52,381 nucleotides of DNA from Candidatus Nomurabacteria bacterium (lineage in GTDB: Bacteria; Patescibacteriota; Minisyncoccia; Phycocordibacterales; UBA5272): the NCBI GenBank assembly GCA_029288775.1, contig JARIGQ010000003.1:1-52381 (forward strand). Direction: 5' to 3'. Both the position numbers and the translations under genes were made by a program. The notes below the pieces were generated by a model, which saw nothing but the letters and a program-made list of their open reading frames with translations, was not told where the DNA came from and did not search any database. The number at the start of each line of letters is the position of its first letter. The first letter of the stretch is position 1. Shown here piece after piece: positions 17,977 to 26,011 of this stretch.

Positions 17977-19005
17977 ATGCCCGGAATTACTTTTAAACCC
18001 AAAGCCGTTTCGAAGAAGCTCTTGACCACGCTTAATCCACGAACCCGAGAAATTGTGGTTAATCGCTATGGCTTGGAAAAGGAAGGCCGTATGACCCTTG
18101 AAGCTATTGGTAAGACCTACGATATCACTCGTGAGCGCGTTCGCCAGATCGAAAATTTTGCACTTTCAACCATCAAGAAGTCCAAGGAATTTAAAGAACA
18201 TGCTTTTGTGTTTGATGAACTTAATGCAATTGTAAAAGAGCTCGGAGCTGTGGTTTCAGAGGAACAGCTCATGCGTCATATTTCAAAGGATCCAGTTGTT
18301 CAGAATCATATCAATCTTTACCTTGCGCTTGGAGAAGAATTCAAGAAGTACAAGGAAGATGATCGTTTCCATGCACATTTTACAGTAGATGATGTTCATG
18401 CAGAAAAGGTACGTCAGGCGCTGCACAAGTTGTATGAATCCATAGACGAGGAAGATCTTGTTTCTGAAGAAGAAATTTTCAATCGCTTTATGAGTCACTT
18501 GTCAGGCGTGCTTGATGAGTTCAAGAGCAACAAGGAAGTGATTTATCGTTACCTCGCGCTTTCAAAAGTAATTGGCAAGAATCAGTTGTCAGAATGGGGT
18601 CGCACTTCATCTCCTCATGTAAAGGCCCGTGGTATCAAGGATTATGCATATCTTATTATGCGCCGTGCGGGACGCCCGATGCACTTCAAGGAAGTAGCTC
18701 AGGAAATCAATAAGACATTTGGCAAAAAGGCTCACGTGGCAACGTGTCATAACGAACTTATCAAGGATCCACGTTTTGTCCTTGTAGGACGCGGTATGTA
18801 TGGTCTTAAGGATTGGGGACACACCGGAGGAGTTGTTCGTGATGTGATTACTGAAGTTCTCAAGGAGTCAGGCCGTCCGCTTCCAAAGGACGAAATCGTT
18901 AAGCGCGTGCTTGCAAAGCGCATTGTTAAGCCAAACACCGTACTCGTAAATCTTCAGAACGCAAAATATTTCCGCAAGGTTTCAGGAGAATATACACTTG
19001 CCTAA
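17977..19005 (+). CDS. DNA-binding protein with sigma-70 region-4-like HTH and C-terminal HARE-HTH (RNAP delta-like) repeats
   Basis: The region MTLEAIGKTYDITRERVRQIENFAL resembles sigma region 4.2. The C-terminal PMHFKEVAQEI...FVLVGRGMYGLKDW resembles HARE-HTH. The start is uncertain (17953 or 17977). Confidence 0.55.
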   Translation: MPGITFKPKAVSKKLLTTLNPRTREIVVNRYGLEKEGRMTLEAIGKTYDITRERVRQIENFALSTIKKSKEFKEHAFVFDELNAIVKELGAVVSEEQLMRHISKDPVVQNHINLYLALGEEFKKYKEDDRFHAHFTVDDVHAEKVRQALHKLYESIDEEDLVSEEEIFNRFMSHLSGVLDEFKSNKEVIYRYLALSKVIGKNQLSEWGRTSSPHVKARGIKDYAYLIMRRAGRPMHFKEVAQEINKTFGKKAHVATCHNELIKDPRFVLVGRGMYGLKDWGHTGGVVRDVITEVLKESGRPLPKDEIVKRVLAKRIVKPNTVLVNLQNAKYFRKVSGEYTLA

Positions 19006-19070
19006 TCCAGGTAAAAGAAAAGCGCCGAGAAACTCGGCGCTTTTCTACTGGTGAATAGTGTGGCGGCTGC

Positions 19071-19076
19071 TATACT
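19071..19076 (+). promoter_or_regulatory. -10 hexamer TATACT (TGc-extended) 7 nt before ATG 19084; putative leaderless promoter
   Basis: cTGcTATACTttagagtATG. Confidence 0.5.
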
Positions 19077-19083
19077 TTAGAGT

Positions 19084-20619
19084 ATGCAACTTTTGATAGA
19101 TGTAACTCTTACGCTTGTCTACTTCTTCGCTTTCTTGCTTATCTGCGCATGGTCGTGGCGGTTTTGGATGATGTATATCAATCAGAAGTATCTCAATAAG
19201 ACCAACAACGAATATATCATGCTTGAGATCAGACTCCCGCGTGAAATATTTAAGTCTCCTTTTGCTACCCAAATCGCCCTCACTTCGCTCTTACAGTTAG
19301 GAGGATATGGTACGTGGCATGATAAGTACTTCAAAGGTAATCTCCCGATATATTCTTCCCTGGAAATAGCTTCCATTGAAGGGGTGATTCATTTTTACGT
19401 GCGCATTCAGCAAAAGTTTCGTCCGCTTGTGGAGTCTAATTTTTATGCGCAATATCCTGGTATCGAAATTGTTGAAGCTGAAGATTATACGCAGCTCATT
19501 CGGTATACCCATGACAATGAAAGCAAAGTAGATTTGTGGGGTGCTGGATTTACCTTAGACAAGAAATGGCCGTGGGCAATGAAGAATGACAAAGGGGAGG
19601 ATTTGAAGATTAAGAATGAAGAGTATAAACCGCCGGCAGATTTTCTTCCTCTTAAAACTTATAATGATTTTGGGCTTACCAATCCTGATGATGAAAAGCA
19701 AGTAAATCCGCTCAATCCGCTTATTGAAATGATGGGTACCATGAAAAAAGGCGAGCATATGTGGTTTCAGATTATTCTTCAGGACGAGGGTTTGTATAAC
19801 GGCAAGAAATTACCTAAACTCTATGTTAACAAAGTCACCCATGAACACTTAAGTCTGTCTGATTTGTCTGAGAAATTTAAGAAACAAGTACGTACCGGTA
19901 AATGGATTAAGTCTGGAGATAAAGTGAAAGATGAATATGGTGATACAGTAAAAACATCTGTTCCAAGTGATGATGTTGATGCTGATGGAAAGCCGAAAAT
20001 GAAAACGGTGGATAAAACGTACAAAGAAGACAAATTGCTTCCTAAAAAGGAAACCGAGCTTACAATGGAAGAAAAGTGGATGGTAGAGGAAGCGAATAAA
20101 AAGTTTGGCTCACCTTTGGTGGTGGCAGCAATACGGCTTATCTATATAGCCGATCAAACCAAAGCAAAATTTAATTTTCACAACATTCAAAACATTTTGA
20201 GTTTCCCTCGTCCTTATGCAGGAGGTCCTAACAATCTCAGTCCTTCTCGTGTGGTAACGCCATATCCATTTGATTGGCAAAACACGCGAGGTCGGCGCGT
20301 ACCATGGCGCAAGGAAGAGCTTTTTGAGAGTTATGTGGAACGAGAAGCTTTTTATCCGCATATTACTCCTCGTGACTGGCTTGATAAGCGAGAAGACTTA
20401 TTCTTTTGGACTTCAACCATGAAAGCGCGCAAAACATGGCGTATGTTCTACGAAGCCTTTTTCCATCCTTTTTCCCATCCTCATTTAGATGAGGTCTCTA
20501 CCTATAATCTTGAGGAAATAGCGACCCTGTGGCATTTGCCTGGAGCTTCTACTACAACTCCTTCACTTCCACGCATTGATAGCGCCAAAAGCGTCGCTCC
20601 AGTCAATCTTCCTCAATAA
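19084..20619 (+). CDS. membrane-anchored protein of unknown function
   Basis: 511 aa. It has an N-terminal TM (LVYFFAFLLICAWSW) and a Lys/Asp-rich central region. It ends ...LEEIATLWHLPG.... No catalytic motif recognised. Confidence 0.5.
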   Translation: MQLLIDVTLTLVYFFAFLLICAWSWRFWMMYINQKYLNKTNNEYIMLEIRLPREIFKSPFATQIALTSLLQLGGYGTWHDKYFKGNLPIYSSLEIASIEGVIHFYVRIQQKFRPLVESNFYAQYPGIEIVEAEDYTQLIRYTHDNESKVDLWGAGFTLDKKWPWAMKNDKGEDLKIKNEEYKPPADFLPLKTYNDFGLTNPDDEKQVNPLNPLIEMMGTMKKGEHMWFQIILQDEGLYNGKKLPKLYVNKVTHEHLSLSDLSEKFKKQVRTGKWIKSGDKVKDEYGDTVKTSVPSDDVDADGKPKMKTVDKTYKEDKLLPKKETELTMEEKWMVEEANKKFGSPLVVAAIRLIYIADQTKAKFNFHNIQNILSFPRPYAGGPNNLSPSRVVTPYPFDWQNTRGRRVPWRKEELFESYVEREAFYPHITPRDWLDKREDLFFWTSTMKARKTWRMFYEAFFHPFSHPHLDEVSTYNLEEIATLWHLPGASTTTPSLPRIDSAKSVAPVNLPQ

Positions 20620-20627
20620 AGAGTACT

Positions 20628-21518
20628 ATGCATCAGCGAATTCAGATCATAAGCATCGGCACCTTACTTGTAGTTGCTCTTTTTGTTACGCTTTTTGTTA
20701 CGCGGGCCCCGCGGGAGTTTCCTCTTGGGGCTTCTTTTCAGGTACATGAAGGTGAAAGCTTGGGAAGTATTGGCGAAAGATTAGAAGAGGAACATGTAAT
20801 TAATTCTGCCCTCGTTTTTAAGGCGTGGGTGTCTATGCTCGGAAAAGATAAAAAGATCGGATTGGGTACCTATCATCTCGATATGAAGCTTTCTATGGCC
20901 GGAATAATTGCCAAGCTTACCCGTCTTCCAGACGAGCCACTCCTTTCGGTAACTATACCGGAAGGGTTTACGACGGAAGAAATTGCTGCCGCTTTTCATC
21001 AGGGAATTCCGGCGATTTCCGAAGCTCATTTTGTGCAGGTTGTACGAGATGAACAGCTTGATGGTTATTTATTCCCCTCTACCTACTATCCGTTACCGTC
21101 TTCTGATGAAGAAACCATTATTGAAAAAATGAAAGCACAATTTGATAAGGAATACGCTTTACATTTTACTCATGCCCCTTATCCAAAATATGTACCTACC
21201 CAACAGGCAGTGGTTACACTTGCCTCCATCTTGGAAGGTGAAGCAAAAACAAACGAAGATATGCGCATCGTATCTGGTATTTTACAGAAGCGTTTAGCTT
21301 CCGGTATGCGACTTCAGGTGGATGTGGCTCCTGACACCTACAAACAAACGGGACTTCCTGTGATACCTATTGCAAATCCTGGTCTTACGGCAATTGAAGC
21401 GGTATTTTATCCAATTACTACACATTACACCTACTACCTTACGGGAAAGGATGGTAAAATGCATTACGCTACCACCTACGAAGAGCATAAGAAAAATATT
21501 GCCAAGTATCTCCGCTAG
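20628..21518 (+). CDS. mltG: endolytic murein transglycosylase (YceG/MltG family)
   Basis: 296 aa. It has an N-terminal TM and a YceG-like core (LASILEGEAKTNEDMRIVSGILQKRL). Confidence 0.85.
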   Translation: MHQRIQIISIGTLLVVALFVTLFVTRAPREFPLGASFQVHEGESLGSIGERLEEEHVINSALVFKAWVSMLGKDKKIGLGTYHLDMKLSMAGIIAKLTRLPDEPLLSVTIPEGFTTEEIAAAFHQGIPAISEAHFVQVVRDEQLDGYLFPSTYYPLPSSDEETIIEKMKAQFDKEYALHFTHAPYPKYVPTQQAVVTLASILEGEAKTNEDMRIVSGILQKRLASGMRLQVDVAPDTYKQTGLPVIPIANPGLTAIEAVFYPITTHYTYYLTGKDGKMHYATTYEEHKKNIAKYLR

Positions 21519-21543
21519 CCATTACAGATAATTCAGTTTAGGA

Positions 21544-22095
21544 ATGAAAGTACATAATTTAGCATTTATCGACACGGAAACTACCGGAACAGATCCTTCT
21601 AAGCATGAGATCGTAGAACTTGCATGTATTATTTGCCGACAAGTTGAACGATCGGGACGAGGACCAGCCATTGAAATTATTGAAGAGTGCGAATGGAAAA
21701 TTAAGCCTAAACATATTGAAACTGCAGATGAGGAAGCGCTACGCATTAACGGCTACAACGAAGTTGATTGGATGTTTGCGGTAGATCTGGAAAAAGCCAT
21801 GGAAGAATTTGCAAAAAAGACCCAGAGTGCCACATTCATATCTCATAATCTCGTGTTCGATTACGCTTTTATAGAAAAAGCATTTGAAAGCACAGGTGTA
21901 GAAAGCCGCATGCATTATGCAAAGTTAGACACCATTTCTATTGCGTTTGCGCGACTCTATGACGCTCCACAAGCGGATAAGTTTTCTTTGCGAGCTTTAT
22001 GTGAACTTTTGAAGGTAGAAAATCCAAAAGCCCATACTGCTTTGGCGGACACTAAAGCACTTGTTGCGTGCTATAAGAAAATGATGGGTGCGTAA
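21544..22095 (+). CDS. 3'-5' exonuclease, DnaQ/DEDD family
   Basis: ExoI motif FIDTETTG, then ISHNLVFDYAFI, then the C-terminal HTALADTKAL (ExoIII). Confidence 0.8.
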   Translation: MKVHNLAFIDTETTGTDPSKHEIVELACIICRQVERSGRGPAIEIIEECEWKIKPKHIETADEEALRINGYNEVDWMFAVDLEKAMEEFAKKTQSATFISHNLVFDYAFIEKAFESTGVESRMHYAKLDTISIAFARLYDAPQADKFSLRALCELLKVENPKAHTALADTKALVACYKKMMGA

Positions 22096-22122
22096 AACCC
22101 CGCACGTAGTAGTGCGGGGTTT
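22095..22122. terminator. bidirectional hairpin terminator between the exonuclease gene and cassette A
   Basis: AAACCCCGCAC-gtagta-GTGCGGGGTTT. Confidence 0.75.
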
Positions 22123-22136
22123 GATGGCTGCTATCC

Positions 22137-22439
22137 TTAGCAGCGTTGCAAAGGGACTAAGAGTGGCACAATCTGGCCATTTCCCATCACGGTGTACTGA
22201 CCTGAAGGAACCCATTCCATACGGCATGAGATGATTCGGCTTTGGGGTGGTGGGTACACGGGACCAACGACAGCTGATCCGTAATAGAGCGGCTGTGGTT
22301 GGATGTAGACCGGAGGGGGAAACGCTGGTCGGACGAGCACCGGCGGACCGAAGGTCACATATCCGTGCCGATGGTGTTGCGCAGAGACTTGCGATGTACA
22401 TGTCGCCAAAGCAAGCACGAAAAAGAACTGTCGTATCAT
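22137..22439 (-). CDS. cassette A: small secreted proline-rich protein, unknown function
   Basis: 100 aa. It has a signal peptide (MIRQFFFVLALATCTSQVSA) and a PPV/PQP-rich mature part. AGGAG lies 8 nt before the ATG. The sequence is G+C-rich relative to its neighbours. Confidence 0.6.
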   Translation of the reverse strand: MIRQFFFVLALATCTSQVSAQHHRHGYVTFGPPVLVRPAFPPPVYIQPQPLYYGSAVVGPVYPPPQSRIISCRMEWVPSGQYTVMGNGQIVPLLVPLQRC

Positions 22440-22465
22440 TTCGGAGTCTCCTAGTGGTGTACTAT

Positions 22466-22499
22466 CTGTATCCTATACCCGCTCACCGGCTTTGTAAAC
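22466..22499 (-). promoter_or_regulatory. promoter module of cassette A (shared with cassette B)
   Basis: Minus strand reads GTTTACAAAG-N9-GGGTATAGGATACAG. This gives -35 TTTACA (22493-22498), a 17-nt spacer and -10 TAGGAT (22470-22475). The module has 25 fixed identical positions plus one match in the N9 gap (26 of 34) with 25941-25974. Confidence 0.55.
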
Positions 22500-22514
22500 T
22501 TACTATTCACATGC

Positions 22515-22520
22515 TAGATT
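22515..22520 (+). promoter_or_regulatory. -10 hexamer TAGATT (TGc-extended) 6 nt before mnmA ATG; putative leaderless promoter
   Basis: aTGcTAGATTggctttATG. The -35 TTGTAA (22492-22497) overlaps the -35 of the divergent cassette A promoter. Confidence 0.5.
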
Positions 22521-22526
22521 GGCTTT

Positions 22527-23573
22527 ATGAATAAAGGGAAGAAAGTATTTGTTGGCATGTCAGGTGGAGTTGATTCGTCGCTTTCGGCAGCACTTCTTAA
22601 GGAACAAGGTTACGATGTAACTGGAGTATTTATTAAAGTGTGGCAGCCGGATTTTATTGAATGTACCTGGAAAGAAGATAGGCTAGATGCAATGCGAGTC
22701 GCTTCGGAGTTAGATATTCCTTTTGTGACGCTTGATTTGGAAAAGGAATATAAACAAGGAGTGATTGATTACATGATTGAGGAGTATCGCAGTGGTCGCA
22801 CACCAAACCCTGACGTAATGTGCAATCGGGAAGTAAAATTTGGCGCCTTTTGGGAATGGGCAGAAGCTCAAGGCGCAGATTATATTGCTACCGGGCATTA
22901 CGCGGTAACCGACCATAAGCAGCTCTTGATGTCTAAGGATACCAATAAAGATCAGACCTATTTTTTATGGACGCTTACAAGTAAAGACTTAGAACATGTG
23001 CTTTTTCCCATTGGACATATGACCAAAGATGAAGTAAGAAATGAAGCACAAAAGAGGAATCTTTATACAAGTTCGAAGAAGGACAGCCAAGGACTTTGTT
23101 TTGTAGGCACGATAGATTTAAAGACACTCCTTAAAGAATATATTAAACAAGAAAAAGGAGAGGTGGTGGATGAAACAGGGCGTGTTATCGGACAGCATGA
23201 AGGTGCGATATTCTATACCATTGGAGAGCGACACGGATTTACTATTGTTACCACAACAGAAGTCTCTACGCCTTATTATGTAATTGCAAAAGATACTGAA
23301 GCTAATAGGCTTGTGGTGTCTCATACCAAGCCTTTATCTTCCGAAGAAGAAATCGTTCTTGAAAAAGTAAGTTTTGTTCAGGAGGAGCCTGGGGAAGGGG
23401 TAGTATGTCAGGCGCGAGGACGTTATCGAGCTCCACTTGCTACGGTTACGCTTCACAAAGATAATGAGGTATGGAAGGTTACTCGTAAAGAAGGGGAATT
23501 ACTTTTTACTTCAGGACAGTCCGTGGTGTTCTATGACGGATCGCAATGTCTTGGCGGGGGAATTATGAAATAG
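22527..23573 (+). CDS. mnmA: tRNA 2-thiouridine(34) synthase
   Basis: PP-loop VGMSGGVDSS. It also has NPDVMCNREVKF and SQGLCF motifs. Confidence 0.95.
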   Translation: MNKGKKVFVGMSGGVDSSLSAALLKEQGYDVTGVFIKVWQPDFIECTWKEDRLDAMRVASELDIPFVTLDLEKEYKQGVIDYMIEEYRSGRTPNPDVMCNREVKFGAFWEWAEAQGADYIATGHYAVTDHKQLLMSKDTNKDQTYFLWTLTSKDLEHVLFPIGHMTKDEVRNEAQKRNLYTSSKKDSQGLCFVGTIDLKTLLKEYIKQEKGEVVDETGRVIGQHEGAIFYTIGERHGFTIVTTTEVSTPYYVIAKDTEANRLVVSHTKPLSSEEEIVLEKVSFVQEEPGEGVVCQARGRYRAPLATVTLHKDNEVWKVTRKEGELLFTSGQSVVFYDGSQCLGGGIMK

Positions 23574-24315
23574 TTTGTACCAAGTTAAGGACAAAAAACA
23601 TTCCCACTGCTCCAATTACTGTCATGAGTACGGTTGTCCATTTGCTGTGACGGGAATGTGCTTCCGGAAGAATATCCGATGCGCCGATATACAAAAGAAA
23701 ACCTGCAAAGATTCCAAGGTATATAAGTCCAAAGGCGGAAGAGATGGTAAAGAGAAGCGTTGAGAGGGCACCGAGAATGGGTGCAACTGCATCAGCGATT
23801 AAGAACATAAGTGCGCGTACGCGTGAGTTGTTATGCGAGAGCATAAGTGAGACAGTATTGATGCCATCTGAAAAATCATGCGCTAGTACCGCAAAGGCGA
23901 TAGCTACTCCGGTTGCATGAGAAACTTGAAACGCTAAGCCAATGCCGATACCATCTAAGAAAGAGTGGCCAATAAGCGCAAGTGCCGATCCAACACCAAT
24001 CGTAGGGTGACGGTGTTCTCCGTATGCATGTTCATGGGTGTGGTGAATAAGAATATATTTTTCTACTACATGAAAAATAAGAAATCCACCAACAAGCGGA
24101 ACAAAAGCCATGTGGAGATCTACTCCTAAATGGTTGGCTAGTTCAACAATTTCTGGCAAGATATCGAATGAAACTACCGATAAAATTACTCCGGCGGTAA
24201 ACCCAAGGAGCAAATGGATGCGGGATTGTAATTGAAGCGCAATGAGGCCTCCAATGAGTGTGGCAAGGCTGGTGAGAATAATAAATAATGCAAATGAAGA
24301 AAGGTGGAGTTCCAT
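23563..24315 (-). CDS. ZIP family metal (zinc) transporter
   Basis: 250 aa and multi-pass. It is His-rich (HHTHEHAYGEHRHP) with HSFLDGIGIG / LAHDFSDG ZIP signatures. Confidence 0.85.
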   Translation of the reverse strand: MELHLSSFALFIILTSLATLIGGLIALQLQSRIHLLLGFTAGVILSVVSFDILPEIVELANHLGVDLHMAFVPLVGGFLIFHVVEKYILIHHTHEHAYGEHRHPTIGVGSALALIGHSFLDGIGIGLAFQVSHATGVAIAFAVLAHDFSDGINTVSLMLSHNNSRVRALMFLIADAVAPILGALSTLLFTISSAFGLIYLGIFAGFLLYIGASDILPEAHSRHSKWTTVLMTVIGAVGMFFVLNLVQTIS

Positions 24316-24321
24316 GGCCTT

Positions 24322-24327
24322 AGTCTA
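24322..24327 (-). promoter_or_regulatory. -10 hexamer TAGACT 6 nt before the ZIP ATG (24315); putative leaderless promoter
   Basis: Minus strand reads caTAGACTaaggccATG. Confidence 0.45.
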
Positions 24328-24349
24328 TGCAAAATGCGAACTATTTGCA
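24328..24349. promoter_or_regulatory. inverted repeat TGCAAA-N10-TTTGCA; candidate Fur-family operator
   Basis: It abuts the ZIP -10 element and lies between the divergent ZIP and Fur-family genes. Confidence 0.3.
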
Positions 24350-24380
24350 ATACACAGGAGACGTGCTACGATGTGGATAT

Positions 24381-24809
24381 ATGGCGTTGTACTCAAAAGA
24401 TGAACTCATAGACATGATTAAAGAAGGGGGTCTTCGTCTCACCGATCATCGTCTCCTTGTGCTAGAAATAGTTTCCAAGCAGAAGCATCCTATTACTGTC
24501 TACGAGCTTGTAGACCTTCTTCGCAAGAAAGAAAATATTGATCAAGCAACGGTGTATAGAAATCTAGCCTCGCTCCATGAAGCTGGTCTTTTGCGCCGAC
24601 TGGATTTCAATCATGGACATGCACATTACGAGCTCGAAACAGGACGGGCTTCACATTCCATTGTATGTAGTAATTGCGAAACAATTGAAAAGGTCGAAGG
24701 TATTTCCATTGATGATGTAGTTAAAAAAATGCTTAAGAAATCTAAAAAGTTCAAGGAAACGCGAACTCATTCAATGGAACTATACGGCTTGTGTCGCAGT
24801 TGTGCATAG
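24381..24809 (+). CDS. Fur family transcriptional regulator (Zur-like by context)
   Basis: It has GLRLTDHRLLVLEIV, a wHTH and C-terminal CxxC pairs (CSNCETIE, CRSC). The start is either 24327 or 24381. I prefer 24381. Confidence 0.8.
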   Translation: MALYSKDELIDMIKEGGLRLTDHRLLVLEIVSKQKHPITVYELVDLLRKKENIDQATVYRNLASLHEAGLLRRLDFNHGHAHYELETGRASHSIVCSNCETIEKVEGISIDDVVKKMLKKSKKFKETRTHSMELYGLCRSCA

Positions 24810-24810
24810 G

Positions 24811-24816
24811 TATACT
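24811..24816 (+). promoter_or_regulatory. -10 hexamer TATACT 6 nt before bcp ATG; putative leaderless promoter
   Basis: ggTATACTggagttATG. Confidence 0.5.
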
Positions 24817-24822
24817 GGAGTT

Positions 24823-25278
24823 ATGCTAAAAATTGGAACTAAAGCGCCTACTTTTTCACTTCCTGATCAGGAGGGAAAGATGCATTCGCTTGAGGATTAT
24901 CTGGGGAAGAAAGTGCTTCTTTATTTTTATCCCAAAGATGATACACCGGGGTGTACCACTGAAGCCTGCAATTTTCGTGATGGATATAAGGAATTTGAAA
25001 AGATGGGATTAGTAATTGTAGGAGTGAGCAAGGATAGTGTTACAAGTCATAAGAAGTTTGCTGAAAAATTTGATCTGCCATTCCCGCTCCTTTCTGATGA
25101 GATAGGTGAGGTGGTTGAGAAGTATGATTCTTGGGGTAAGAAGAAATTTATGGGCCGCGAATATATGGGAATCATTCGCAATAGTTTTCTTATAGACGAA
25201 GAAGGAAAGATTGCCAAAATCTATGAATCGGTAAAGCCAGCCGAACATGCAGAAGAAGTAAAATCAGACGTTAAGTAA
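24823..25278 (+). CDS. bcp: thioredoxin-dependent thiol peroxidase (peroxiredoxin Bcp)
   Basis: Start moved to ATG 24823. FYPKDDTPGCTTEAC peroxidatic Cys motif. Confidence 0.9.
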   Translation: MLKIGTKAPTFSLPDQEGKMHSLEDYLGKKVLLYFYPKDDTPGCTTEACNFRDGYKEFEKMGLVIVGVSKDSVTSHKKFAEKFDLPFPLLSDEIGEVVEKYDSWGKKKFMGREYMGIIRNSFLIDEEGKIAKIYESVKPAEHAEEVKSDVK

Positions 25279-25289
25279 TCTACAAAAGA

Positions 25290-25323
25290 AAAAAGCCGGC
25301 CATCTTGCGATGTCCGGCTTTTG
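25290..25323. terminator. bidirectional terminator between bcp and cassette B
   Basis: AAAAGCCGG-(14-nt loop)-CCGGCTTTT, with an A-run and a T-run on either side. Confidence 0.7.
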
Positions 25324-25344
25324 CGAGCGGCTATATCCCTGCCG

Positions 25345-25806
25345 CTATTCCTCCACACCCGCGTGTTCTGCGGCCATCTGCCGCGCCAGTAAGAAGGTGC
25401 GCGTATGGTTCCAGTCCCTCCGCGAACGGGGCATCGGTGGTGCCTTCAGTTTCGCTTCGGTTGTGAGGACGGCGGATGATGCGATCCGTCCTCCATTGGG
25501 CAGATAGAATCGGGCCTTGTGGAGCTCGTCTCCGCTGCCCATGATCGCATTCCACGCGTAGTTGCGATCCGGGATTTCCATCGTGCGCACCAGGTTGCCG
25601 TCGTAGCAGAAGCCGACCCATGCGCTGTTCTCGAAGACCTTGCCGATCAACTTGGCGGAGATCCGCACAGGCTGCTCTTCGGTGTTGATCTTCAGGTACA
25701 GGCCGGTTGGCTTTGCTGCCTCCGCTTTCAACCTCTTTTCGAAGGCGAGGGTTTGGTTCTGTTGTGAGCCAGAGACCTCTTCGGTCTCTTTTTCTTTTGC
25801 TGCCAT
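25345..25806 (-). CDS. cassette B: 153-aa protein of unknown function
   Basis: Third codon positions are strongly G/C-rich (CTG, GGC, ATC, AAC, GAC). GAAAGGA precedes the ATG. It has an approximately 130-nt 5' UTR. No family recognised. Confidence 0.65.
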   Translation of the reverse strand: MAAKEKETEEVSGSQQNQTLAFEKRLKAEAAKPTGLYLKINTEEQPVRISAKLIGKVFENSAWVGFCYDGNLVRTMEIPDRNYAWNAIMGSGDELHKARFYLPNGGRIASSAVLTTEAKLKAPPMPRSRRDWNHTRTFLLARQMAAEHAGVEE

Positions 25807-25940
25807 CTTATGTCCTTTCTTGGTGATGGCGGTACTTACAATGCTCGCTAGTTTTATTCTCCGGTAAACCGGGGCCGTCGACTAGCTTGCTCCTCAGCCT
25901 CTTTGGGTGCCCTTGTAGAATGGGTGCCTCAGAGTCCACT

Positions 25941-25974
25941 CTGTATCCTATACCCATGAAAAACCTTTGTAAAC
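25941..25974 (-). promoter_or_regulatory. promoter module of cassette B (shared with cassette A)
   Basis: Minus strand reads GTTTACAAAG-N9-GGGTATAGGATACAG. This gives -35 TTTACA (25968-25973), a 17-nt spacer and -10 TAGGAT (25945-25950). Confidence 0.55.
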
Positions 25975-25980
25975 CCTAAT

Positions 25981-26010
25981 AAAAATAGCGCTGTGTACAG
26001 CGCTATTTTT
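25981..26010. terminator. bidirectional terminator after the DsbA-like gene
   Basis: AAAAATAGCGCTG-tgta-CAGCGCTATTTTT. Confidence 0.8.
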
Positions 26011-26011
26011 A

